Shown in pieces: positions 7,984-16,525 of a stretch of 29,122 nucleotides of DNA; positions within the stretch are counted from its first letter, which is position 1, and every line of letters starts with the position of its first letter. The translations under genes were made by a program, and so were the position numbers. The notes beneath the pieces were generated by a model, which worked only from the letters and a program-made list of their open reading frames with translations, had not been told where the DNA came from and ran no database searches. The stretch is from an uncultured virus (IMG/VR IMGVR_UViG_3300042861_002400). Lineage: Duplodnaviria > Heunggongvirae > Uroviricota > Caudoviricetes. The stretch is taken from the IMG/VR virus record IMGVR_UViG_3300042861_002400; one strand, written 5' to 3'.

Positions 7984-8256
7984 ATGGCGGAGACACAACT
8001 GAAAGTGCTGGAGGGCGAGAGCCCGGCGATGCAGCGGACCCATCTGTTTTGCGCAGAGGTGATGCCGCATCTCGACTCGGCTCGGGAAGCCTTCGAGAAG
8101 TTTGCGATCGACAACGGGATCGCGGGCCAGCAGAACGTGAAGAACTACCTCTACGAATTCGATCTGAAGCTGCGCGAAGCCTGGCACCGCGTCCAGGATC
8201 TCTGCTCGGCCTCGCTGCAGTCGCCCCGTGCGGCGGCTGAGAAGACGGAAGGGTAG
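7984..8256 (+). CDS. Hypothetical helical protein (90 aa; start ATG 7984)
   Basis: GGAGA RBS; typical codon usage. Confidence 0.75.
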   Translation: MAETQLKVLEGESPAMQRTHLFCAEVMPHLDSAREAFEKFAIDNGIAGQQNVKNYLYEFDLKLREAWHRVQDLCSASLQSPRAAAEKTEG

Positions 8257-8260
8257 AAAT

Positions 8261-8884
8261 ATGGGCTGGGAAGGGGTCAACATCGGCATACCCTGCCCCT
8301 TCACCGGGCGGCCGATCCTCGCCTGCCTGGCGGGATCCGCCTGGGTCGCTGTGAGCGAGGGGCCTGGCGGCGGGTGGGTGTCGACCCCGTTCCGGTCGCA
8401 GTCCGAGCTCAGGGATTTCTTCGTGGCGATGCCGCGGCGCGCTCCAGGCGAGCCGAGAGCCAAAGTGGACCGGACGTGCCCGATGATGGGGGCTCCGATC
8501 GTGGCGCGCCAGACGGGTAATTTTAACTGGGTGGCCTCGTGTATCGACGGGCGCGGCCGTGGCTACACCACGACAGCCTTCTATAGCGAACGCCACCTGG
8601 ACTATTTCTTGTCAACGCGGGCGGGAGTACCGCCCCTGTTCAACACGGACGATGTACAGGTCCGCGAGCGGAAGCCGCCGCGCCCGGACTTGGTGTTAGC
8701 GGAAGCGAAGTCTCGGCAGCAGGAGGTTGCGGGTCATGTCGAAGAGATCATTGACAAAGTCGGGCTTGCCAACGGTATTCTTGTTCCTAAGTCTATTGTC
8801 GGCCCCGCTACTCACACAGGCCGGGGACGTGGGGTTTCTAGCCCGCGGCACAAACGCGGTGCTGGTGCTCCCTCCGGCGGGTGA
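8261..8884 (+). CDS. Hypothetical protein with two tandem CP..G.PI...WVA...G.G....F.S...L..F repeats (207 aa)
   Basis: GGAAGGG upstream; internal duplication visible in the translation. Confidence 0.75.
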   Translation: MGWEGVNIGIPCPFTGRPILACLAGSAWVAVSEGPGGGWVSTPFRSQSELRDFFVAMPRRAPGEPRAKVDRTCPMMGAPIVARQTGNFNWVASCIDGRGRGYTTTAFYSERHLDYFLSTRAGVPPLFNTDDVQVRERKPPRPDLVLAEAKSRQQEVAGHVEEIIDKVGLANGILVPKSIVGPATHTGRGRGVSSPRHKRGAGAPSGG

Positions 8885-9269
8885 TGTCTCGGGCGCCCCG
8901 ACGTGGGCGACCGGTCGGGTCTACACCGCCGGGGCCAAGGTCCTGGCCGGCGTCGAAAATAAGCTGTATATCTGCTTATCACCCGGAATCTCCGGCACCA
9001 ACTCTGCGGTTTTCGGCGGTGGCACGGTTACTGACGGGACGGTCTTATGGAGGAGACCCCTCGGTCGGGCCCGAACCGGACTCGCGATCACGGTCGACGT
9101 GGCTGGCGATGCCTATGTCAGCATGGATGGCTTGGCCACGACGAACGCGGGCATCTGGTTGAAGGCGGGCTTTGGACCCTTCCAACTGTCCCCGTTCGGA
9201 GCGCCCCAGGGCGGGATCAGCGTGATCTCGACCTCGGCTACTTACACGGTCACCGGAGCGGAGTGGTAA
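8736..9269 (+). CDS. Signal-peptide protein with a CBM5/12-like carbohydrate-binding motif (177 aa)
   Basis: AGGAGG RBS; MSKRSLTK + hydrophobic core + TQA; W..G..Y..G..V......Y.C...G.SG......DGTVLW pattern. Confidence 0.75.
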   Translation: MSKRSLTKSGLPTVFLFLSLLSAPLLTQAGDVGFLARGTNAVLVLPPAGDVSGAPTWATGRVYTAGAKVLAGVENKLYICLSPGISGTNSAVFGGGTVTDGTVLWRRPLGRARTGLAITVDVAGDAYVSMDGLATTNAGIWLKAGFGPFQLSPFGAPQGGISVISTSATYTVTGAEW

Positions 9270-9277
9270 ACGCGATC

Positions 9278-9856
9278 ATGATGACGTTCCGCAGACCTCA
9301 ATATGCGCCGCCCGGGGGAGTCTACTTCTACGACGTCCCCGAGACGAAACGTCATTTCCAGCGCCTCAATATGCTTGACCTCGAGCGCGAGGTGGTTGCG
9401 CACCTCGTGGCATCTGGCATCAAGGTTCCGATCAACCTGCGGGCGGTCATCGAGCACTATATGTGCGAGCGCCTCCCAGAGGGCCTGTGTGACGGGAGCG
9501 GATCCGCCGCCCTGCGTCATCTGCGTCAGCCCAACTATTTCGAGGTCCTGAATGCGCTACCCGCCCAACTAGGGGGCGGTAAGTTCGTTGATGCGCGCAC
9601 CGCGGAGAGCCGTGCGACTACCTGCCGGACCTGTCCCTTCAACAATCTCTCGCTCTGCACCTCCTGTAACGACCTCCAGCAGCAGACGACTCGTTACGTC
9701 GGCGGCCGGGAAGTCATGCAGCTTCGCTATATGGGCGTGTGCGCCGGCCTGCGCGTCCCGACTTACGGTCTCGTCTGGATCGCCCAGCCGAAGGCTGTCG
9801 AGGGCCTCCCCGCCGAGTGCTGGATAACCGCCAAAGGAGCCCCCACCCATGCCTGA
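9278..9856 (+). CDS. Cys-rich, probably metal-binding protein preceding the portal (192 aa; start ATG 9278)
   Basis: RATTCRTCPFN..CTSC plus MC..C, VC and ECW motifs. Confidence 0.75.
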   Translation: MMTFRRPQYAPPGGVYFYDVPETKRHFQRLNMLDLEREVVAHLVASGIKVPINLRAVIEHYMCERLPEGLCDGSGSAALRHLRQPNYFEVLNALPAQLGGGKFVDARTAESRATTCRTCPFNNLSLCTSCNDLQQQTTRYVGGREVMQLRYMGVCAGLRVPTYGLVWIAQPKAVEGLPAECWITAKGAPTHA

Positions 9857-12284
9857 TTTCACACAGCCCGCCGCCGACGGCAACCGCCAGATCGTGGACC
9901 GTTCCGGGATGCCGGTCTCGCGCAGTTTGCCGACAATCGAGGTCGCCCGGGCCGTCGTCCAGGAGATGGAGAAGGTTGAAGAGCCGACCGCCATCCGTCA
10001 TGCGCGCCTGCGTGGGCTGGCCGATCGCAATCCCCCGTATAACCAGAAGAAACTTGACGATCTCAATATGGGGAACATCACCAATATTGACTTCGGCGAA
10101 GCGCAGGCGGCCATCCGGAAGCGCTCTGGCCAGCACTTCGAATTATTCCAGGAGGTCCCCACCCTGGCTGACTTCGAGCTGGTCGAGCCGCCCGATGAGG
10201 CGAAGAATGGGCAGGACGTCCAACCGCGGGCGGCCCTCGAGTCAATCGTCGGCGAAGAGTTTACCCGGACGCTGACCGGCTGGTCCGGCTTCCTCCCGCT
10301 CATGGATTTCCTGCGGCAGGAGGCGGACACGGTCGACGTCGGTGTATGCGGCTGGCGCGACCAGTGGGACTGGCGTCCGGTGCAGACCAGCCGCGGCGCG
10401 TTCTTCCCGTCCCCATACGCCAAGATCGACGTGACCACCTGGGACATCGCCATGGTCGCGGACACCTATGAGACCAGCGTCCTCCTGGCCATCGCAAGCG
10501 ACCCCGAGTCGGCGACCGCGGAGGGCTGGAACGTCACCATGCTCAAGCGGGTGCTGGCTGACGTCTTCTTTGGTGGCGTTACGCAGGACACTCAGAACGG
10601 CGTCGACACCGGCTACGCGACAGTGTCCCGTTGGGAACAGTTGCAGATGAAGTTGCGCAACAACGACCCGTCTTGTATGGCCAATATGTTTTCGCTCGTC
10701 AAGGTCCGGCACATGTTCGTCCGGGAGCCAATGAGCGGCCGTATCTCCCATCAGATCCTCCCGACGGTCGTGTGCGGCGAGGGTGACGGTTTCCTCTGCG
10801 AGCGATTCGGCATTTACAAGGATATGTCCGAGGCGATTTTCATCCTCCCGTCCAATTACGGGAACGGATACGTCCGTAGCGTCCGCGGGCTGCTCTCCTC
10901 GATCGAGGCTCACTGCGATCTGTCCAACCGGTTCCTCGGCCGCATCATGGACGCAGGATTCCTGTCCGGCACCCTCATGCTCAAGAACAACGCGGAGTAT
11001 AGCGACCCGCGCAAGCTCCAGTTGGTCCGTGCCGGTTCTGTTACTTTACTGCCCCGTGGCTGCGAGGCGCTGCAGGCGTCGAGTTTCGCCCCGCCGCTCG
11101 CCCCCATGGTCCAGGTCCGTCAGCTCTCGACGGCGATCATGCAGAACAACAACGGCGTCGATAAGGTCGTTACCGAGAACTGGGTCGAGAACCAGGCTCA
11201 GCGGACCGCCCGCGAAGTTTCCGAGCAGTCGACGAAGGAAGCCCGGGTCGAGAAGTCCGGCGTCGCCTTCGACCAGCAGCAGCTGCAGCTTCTCTACCGC
11301 CAAATGTATCGCCGGTTGATCGGCGAGGATGTGCAGTCCGACAAGACCCTGCCCGGCGCCGAGGAGGCCCAGGACTTTGTTCGTCGCTGCGTCCGCCGCG
11401 GCGTCCCGCGCACGTGGCTGAAGCCAGGCAAGCTGCAGCTCAACATCACCCGTACGATCGGTTTCGGCAGCTGGGGCGTGCGCCTCGACATCAGCAATCA
11501 AGTGATCGGCATGCGCGGGCTCATGGACGAAGCAGGCCGGCACAACGCCATCCGCGATCGCCTGGCCGCCCTCGTCGGTTACCGCAACGTCAACCGCTAC
11601 CTCCCGCCCGCCACCCGCGATACGATCCCCTCGAATGAGAAGTCGATCGCCCGGCTTGAGAACAATGATATGGCCGCTGGCGAGCCCTGCGAGGCCGGAT
11701 CGGATCAGAATCAGGTCCTCCACTTCGAGACCCACCTTGAGCCGATGAAAATGATTTCCGATGCCGTTGCGAACGGCGAGCAGGTGGATGTGCAGATCGC
11801 GCTTCCCGCAATCGAGCAGATGATCAATCACGAGACGCAGCATCTGCAGTTCCTCGCGATGGACCCGGCCCGGGCGGCTTATGTGAAGCAGGCGGAAGAG
11901 CAGATCAAAGCGGCCATCAAGGCGCGGGACGAGCTTGTCCGTATCGCCGAGCAGATGGCCGAGGAGCAGCAGCAGATGCAGGCCGACCAAGAGGGCCGTC
12001 TGGCGAAGGCCGACGAGATCATCCAGGGTCAGGAGGCAAACCTCGAGGCCCAGAAGGCCGCGGGCAAGCTGCAGATCGAGGCCGACAAGAACTTGAGCAT
12101 CATGAATATGCGCCAGTCGCGCCAGGAGCACGGCGAGGCGATGGCCGAGCGGGACCTCAATGCGCGGATCGTTCGTCAGGACCGCGAATCAGCCGCCCGG
12201 ATCGAACTCGAGCGGCAGAACCTCGCCCTCAAAGCCGAGATCGAGCGGATGAAGGCGGCGCAGGGAGGCGGCAGCAATGGATAA
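9849..12284 (+). CDS. Portal protein, P22-like with a long C-terminal coiled-coil
   Basis: 811 aa; AAAGGAG RBS; position between terminase and scaffold/capsid; Q/E/A-rich helical C-terminal ~150 aa. Assigned by size, synteny and architecture. Confidence 0.8.
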   Translation: MPDFTQPAADGNRQIVDRSGMPVSRSLPTIEVARAVVQEMEKVEEPTAIRHARLRGLADRNPPYNQKKLDDLNMGNITNIDFGEAQAAIRKRSGQHFELFQEVPTLADFELVEPPDEAKNGQDVQPRAALESIVGEEFTRTLTGWSGFLPLMDFLRQEADTVDVGVCGWRDQWDWRPVQTSRGAFFPSPYAKIDVTTWDIAMVADTYETSVLLAIASDPESATAEGWNVTMLKRVLADVFFGGVTQDTQNGVDTGYATVSRWEQLQMKLRNNDPSCMANMFSLVKVRHMFVREPMSGRISHQILPTVVCGEGDGFLCERFGIYKDMSEAIFILPSNYGNGYVRSVRGLLSSIEAHCDLSNRFLGRIMDAGFLSGTLMLKNNAEYSDPRKLQLVRAGSVTLLPRGCEALQASSFAPPLAPMVQVRQLSTAIMQNNNGVDKVVTENWVENQAQRTAREVSEQSTKEARVEKSGVAFDQQQLQLLYRQMYRRLIGEDVQSDKTLPGAEEAQDFVRRCVRRGVPRTWLKPGKLQLNITRTIGFGSWGVRLDISNQVIGMRGLMDEAGRHNAIRDRLAALVGYRNVNRYLPPATRDTIPSNEKSIARLENNDMAAGEPCEAGSDQNQVLHFETHLEPMKMISDAVANGEQVDVQIALPAIEQMINHETQHLQFLAMDPARAAYVKQAEEQIKAAIKARDELVRIAEQMAEEQQQMQADQEGRLAKADEIIQGQEANLEAQKAAGKLQIEADKNLSIMNMRQSRQEHGEAMAERDLNARIVRQDRESAARIELERQNLALKAEIERMKAAQGGGSNG

Positions 12285-14421
12285 GGTCATTACCGAATAC
12301 TGTCCGCTCTGCGCGATCAAGCATATCGCTCGCGCGAAGGCGCGCCTGGCCGAGTCAAAGCTGGGCTATCCGCACGAGTTTTGGAGTGCGCTGGGGGAGA
12401 TCAGTCTAGCCGAGGATCACCTCGTCGAGCAGCAACCCGCCCTCGCCGAGGCGATCCGGGAGCATCGTAAGAAGCTTGAGAGCGCACCACTGTACCGGTT
12501 CCCCGCAAACAACTTGATGCTGGCGGTCGCTGATGTGACCGGGTACGCACTCCCCGCCGCGGCGACCAGCTGGCTGCAGAAGATCCGATCACGCTGGTTG
12601 GCCAGTCTGCTTGCGATCGTCACGGCCGTCGGGGCCCAGGCCGGCGGGATGTCGGTCACCCACCATGGCGCCACGGCTGGGTGGTTCTCGATGGTCCGTC
12701 CGTATATCAGCTCGGCCCTGAGTCTGGCTGAAACTCCAGACCTCGTGGCCTGGTTCAAGATGGACGACAATGCCAATGACTATGTGCTGACGGACTCGTC
12801 CTGGTACAACTACCCAGGAGCCTTGTCTATCGCTTATACCGCCTGGCTAACTGTCGACGGTGTTTCCGGAACAGCGCTTGCTTTCAATGATGTCGGGGGA
12901 TCATCGGTGGCAGTAGCATCAGGTCCCGCACTGCTTGCGGCACTCTCCGGCACAGGGGACTACACGATAAACATGTTCGCGAAACGGGCGAACAATTCAG
13001 AGCATGCTTCGCTTTTCATAATAGACGGACACCCTTTTAATGTAAGCTACTACAACAAGGACGTGGGCCAATTGTTGTGGTACGGACATGAGGCGACAGC
13101 GACTGCAGTAGTCGATCTTGAAGTCGACGAATGGTACATGATTACCTATGTAAAATCAGGGTCGTCATCCAGGGTGTATGTTGATAATGAAGTAGGGGTT
13201 ACAGTAGGGTCGCCTACCCTTACTCCTCTCACGGCCACATCATTTACTTTTGGCGGGGCCCCAGAAAGCCCTGGGAATACACGGACCATTGATGACGTCA
13301 AAGTGTTCAAGAGAGCGCTCTCCCCCAGCGAGATCATGTCGTATGGGTACGGGCTTGTGGCTCGGTACCCAATGGACGACAATGCCGCCAACAGGATCAT
13401 GACGGACACGACAGTATATTCGAACAACGCTGTACTTGGCACCGGAAACACCGATGCAAAGGCCGCGCCAGGCATTATCGGGACGGCTTTTTCTTTTGCT
13501 GCCTCTGATTATACTTTGATAACGAATCGGATGGTCACATCGCTCGTAAGCAGCAATGACTCCGAATACACTATTTCCTATTTCTTCAAGTTGCTTGACG
13601 ACGGGCATGTTGATATGGGTGGTCTCGAAGGAATGTACTTCGACCTGTGGTTCTATGACGATAACGAGAGTGTAATTAGCCTATTTCCTGGCGGAGCCGT
13701 TGACGTCGCAAAGGCTCCCCTGACGGCACAGCTTGACACGTGGTATCATCTGGCGATCGTGCGAAAAGGAGAGACGGCTACAGTGTATGTCAATGGTCAA
13801 GCCGGGACTGACACGGGAACATATGAGGCACTGGTATCTCCTGCCACATCTGTCAGGCTCGGCTACCTCGGGTACCAGGACGGCGCCCAGGTTGTCGATG
13901 ATCTCCGTATCTATAATCGCGCCCTCACGGCCCGGCAGATCGGCTTGATCTGCGCCGAGGGCGGGATCTCTCCTACGGCGCCCACGGTTGAGTACGTGGT
14001 GGATCCGACTTGCGCGAACGGCCTTTGGAATACGTACTCCTATTACGACCCAGAGGATCCCAACGGCGACCCCGGGTTCTGGTTCTACCCGGGCTCTCCT
14101 AGCGGACTTGCTTTCTGGTGTGCTAACTATGAGTACCCTCCGTACGCGAGTCCTATCATAGCGAGCATCACGCCGGATATCAAGTTATCCGACATGCAGC
14201 CTGGAAGCACATATACAATCGTGATCAACATCGCCGGCATCTACAGTACAGAATCGGCCTCTGTATATGTCGGAGGGAATAGTTACTCGCTCGTCGAAGG
14301 GAACAACGTCATTCAGTTTATTCATGACGGTTACACTCCCAATCTCACGTTCTATTCGTTTAGTCCTTCGATATATGCGAGCATCAGTTCCATCAACATT
14401 TACGCGGGGGTGCCACAATGA
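12277..14421 (+). CDS. Tandem LamG/concanavalin A-like domain protein with an N-terminal CxxCxxKH helical domain and an internal signal-like segment
   Basis: LVAWFKMDD...WYMITYV...IDDVKVFKRALSPSEI and LVARYPMDD...WYHLAIV...VDDLRIYNRALTARQI. Confidence 0.88.
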   Translation: MDKVITEYCPLCAIKHIARAKARLAESKLGYPHEFWSALGEISLAEDHLVEQQPALAEAIREHRKKLESAPLYRFPANNLMLAVADVTGYALPAAATSWLQKIRSRWLASLLAIVTAVGAQAGGMSVTHHGATAGWFSMVRPYISSALSLAETPDLVAWFKMDDNANDYVLTDSSWYNYPGALSIAYTAWLTVDGVSGTALAFNDVGGSSVAVASGPALLAALSGTGDYTINMFAKRANNSEHASLFIIDGHPFNVSYYNKDVGQLLWYGHEATATAVVDLEVDEWYMITYVKSGSSSRVYVDNEVGVTVGSPTLTPLTATSFTFGGAPESPGNTRTIDDVKVFKRALSPSEIMSYGYGLVARYPMDDNAANRIMTDTTVYSNNAVLGTGNTDAKAAPGIIGTAFSFAASDYTLITNRMVTSLVSSNDSEYTISYFFKLLDDGHVDMGGLEGMYFDLWFYDDNESVISLFPGGAVDVAKAPLTAQLDTWYHLAIVRKGETATVYVNGQAGTDTGTYEALVSPATSVRLGYLGYQDGAQVVDDLRIYNRALTARQIGLICAEGGISPTAPTVEYVVDPTCANGLWNTYSYYDPEDPNGDPGFWFYPGSPSGLAFWCANYEYPPYASPIIASITPDIKLSDMQPGSTYTIVINIAGIYSTESASVYVGGNSYSLVEGNNVIQFIHDGYTPNLTFYSFSPSIYASISSINIYAGVPQ

Positions 14422-14432
14422 GGAGTCTGCCT

Positions 14433-14912
14433 GTGAAAAAAATTATCGCCATGTTGGTTCTCGGAATTTCTATTTCGGCTTTCGCCCAGCTGCCGGTAAT
14501 CCCTCTGGAGGAACCTGCGCATGGCGAGTTTAACCGGCTCTGGATCCAGCGGCTCCACATGACGACGAACACAGCAATCTACACGATGAAACCGTATGAC
14601 GGCATCCGGACGATCATGGAGAATCCGGTGTCTAATATGACGGTCGGCCTCGCAGAAGAGCCCGCACTGAAGGGGGTCATTTCAAATGTGTTTGTTTTCG
14701 TAGCGGCCTACTTCAACACCAACGTCATGCCCAACTCCGTCACAATGACCGCGCCACTTCCTAGCCAGGATGCAACCATCACAGCCTGGTACGTCGGACC
14801 GGGCCAACTGCCGCAGCGGAAGGTTCTGAACAACCTGTTCTCTGTGGCTGCCACCAACGCGACTCTCGGTGCGCTGATGTATCAGATGGTGGACTGGGTT
14901 TCAAAACAGTAG
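14433..14912 (+). CDS. Signal-peptide protein of unknown function (GTG 14433 preferred; ATG 14418 possible)
   Basis: GAGGAG 7 nt before GTG; MKKIIAMLVLGISISAFA|Q. Confidence 0.8.
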   Translation: MKKIIAMLVLGISISAFAQLPVIPLEEPAHGEFNRLWIQRLHMTTNTAIYTMKPYDGIRTIMENPVSNMTVGLAEEPALKGVISNVFVFVAAYFNTNVMPNSVTMTAPLPSQDATITAWYVGPGQLPQRKVLNNLFSVAATNATLGALMYQMVDWVSKQ

Positions 14913-14922
14913 AAGGGCCCCG

Positions 14923-15171
14923 ATGAAGCATGTTTTCATAACGACGCTGTTGTTTCTCCTGGGGCTTGCTATTTCCGGTTGCGCAACTGGCGAGGGCACG
15001 AAGCAGTACAATTTTGGCGATAACTATTTCATGACCTTCGTGAGCTCGACCAATACACCGGTCGAACTCTTGATCGACATGTATAACCAGACCGCGGAGT
15101 CCGCGACTGGACGGGATCGCACAACGAAACCGAGCGCGGAGCTCACAGTGCCGGTATCGGCGCTGCCATAA
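14923..15171 (+). CDS. Small lipoprotein (82 aa), possible o-spanin-like or exclusion protein
   Basis: MKH + hydrophobic core + lipobox ISG|C. Confidence 0.75.
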   Translation: MKHVFITTLLFLLGLAISGCATGEGTKQYNFGDNYFMTFVSSTNTPVELLIDMYNQTAESATGRDRTTKPSAELTVPVSALP

Positions 15172-15185
15172 AGGAGACAAGGGTC

Positions 15186-15527
15186 ATGACTGCAAAAGCA
15201 GCAATGGGAGGGGCGGTGTCGAAACTATCCTTGTGGGTTACCATACTGTTGGGGGTCGCCTCGTGGACGTATGCACAGAATGTCAGCGACGTGATCAAGG
15301 TCGCTGATTCGGTGACCTCGGCCAGCGCGGACGATCCTCTGCTCGCGGTCATCAAGATCCTCGCCGTCGTCGACATTGTGTCGTTGGCGTTCAACTATGT
15401 GCTGGTGCGCAGTCTGGTGAAGGCTACGGAGAGCACGACTTCGATGGCGGCAAAGCCTTGCGTGCTGGCCCACGCCAACCCGCAACTATTCGCCAAGATT
15501 CTGGAAGGAGCGAACCGGCATGAGTAG
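15186..15527 (+). CDS. Holin-like membrane protein (signal/TM plus second TM)
   Basis: AAAGGAGA RBS; two hydrophobic segments; adjacent to a peptidase and a lipoprotein. Confidence 0.55.
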   Translation: MTAKAAMGGAVSKLSLWVTILLGVASWTYAQNVSDVIKVADSVTSASADDPLLAVIKILAVVDIVSLAFNYVLVRSLVKATESTTSMAAKPCVLAHANPQLFAKILEGANRHE

Positions 15528-16137
15528 TGAGTCTAAATTCTATCTGAAGCTGGGCTTTACCGACGACGCCTCGACAATGATCTCGAAGGCCATTCGGCGG
15601 GTGACGCAGGGACCGAGCCATGTCTTAATCGAGGTCTTTGAGATCGACACGGCGGGCCGGCACCACCGGTACTATTTTGAATCGATCTGGAAGACCGACC
15701 CCGCCACGCACAAGAACGGCGTCCGAGGCCCGATCCCTCTCGAAAAACTTGTCGAGTGGGTAACAGCGGGCAGTCCTGCCTGTTCGTTGGTTGAGATTCC
15801 TGAAACCGGCTATCTTCCGCTCACGCAGAAGGAGGCCGCCGCAGCGGTTCAGTTGCTGCGGGACGCGACCCACACGATCCATTACGCCCCGCAGCAGCTG
15901 CTCCGGAACTTCATTTCGAAGACCGGCCTGCGCATCGGGCTTGGCGCGGGGTCAGAGAAGCGGTGGACCTGTTGCGAGACGCCCCTGCGGTGCCGCGTCC
16001 TCCCACCCCGCCTTTGGGATTTGGTTGGAGCGGGTGACGTTCTGTGGGACGAGCTCTGGCCGGGCGGGACCTCCCGTTATTCCCTTATGGAGGCCGCCCA
16101 GCGGATTGTTCGCACTTATGGGACGATCAGTCCGTGA
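15520..16137 (+). CDS. Permuted papain-like amidase/peptidase (YiiX/YaeF, C92-like NlpC/P60 superfamily)
   Basis: ISKAIRRVTQGPSHV (His), YFES...GVR, downstream Y and WTCCE (Cys) in the His-before-Cys order. Confidence 0.72.
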   Translation: MSSESKFYLKLGFTDDASTMISKAIRRVTQGPSHVLIEVFEIDTAGRHHRYYFESIWKTDPATHKNGVRGPIPLEKLVEWVTAGSPACSLVEIPETGYLPLTQKEAAAAVQLLRDATHTIHYAPQQLLRNFISKTGLRIGLGAGSEKRWTCCETPLRCRVLPPRLWDLVGAGDVLWDELWPGGTSRYSLMEAAQRIVRTYGTISP

Positions 16138-16174
16138 GCGAACGAGGAGCATAGTTTCTAAAAAGGAGACAAGC

Positions 16175-16507
16175 ATGACTAAATTGATGACCATCAAGGA
16201 ATTCGTGAGCGCCGCTCGCCCCAGCGCGAGCCAGGTGCAGGCGTGGCAGCAGGACCCTTGTACCGCGCTCCTCGTCAATAACCTGTTCCATGTGCTAGAC
16301 GGGGCCGACCTGGCGGATCCCGCCCGCCGCCTCGGGTTCATGGAGTGCCGGGACGCCGTGCTCCGACTCGTCTCGGACGCGGAGAACCTCTTCGCCCCGC
16401 CGGACCAACCTCCGGCCGTCGAATCCACCTACAACAGCGAAGCCTATTTGGAGACGCGCCGCCGAGAACTCGGTCTGGCGCCCCGTAACCCACAACCGCA
16501 ACGTTAA
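16175..16507 (+). CDS. Small head-module protein preceding the scaffold (110 aa; start ATG 16175)
   Basis: AAAAGGAGA RBS; position typical of the small portal-scaffold intervening gene of podoviruses. Confidence 0.75.
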   Translation: MTKLMTIKEFVSAARPSASQVQAWQQDPCTALLVNNLFHVLDGADLADPARRLGFMECRDAVLRLVSDAENLFAPPDQPPAVESTYNSEAYLETRRRELGLAPRNPQPQR

Positions 16508-16525
16508 CGAAGGAGACACCCCACC

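Noticed and set aside
11046..12131. Long antisense ORFs over portal, terminase, nozzle and ejection genes (also 6037-6720, 23710-24732, 26975-27721)
   Set aside because: Shadow ORFs expected in GC-rich coding DNA; the plus-strand genes carry the motifs and RBSs.
12277..14421. Diversity-generating retroelement target
   Set aside because: No reverse transcriptase and no template/variable repeat pair differing at adenines was seen in the window.
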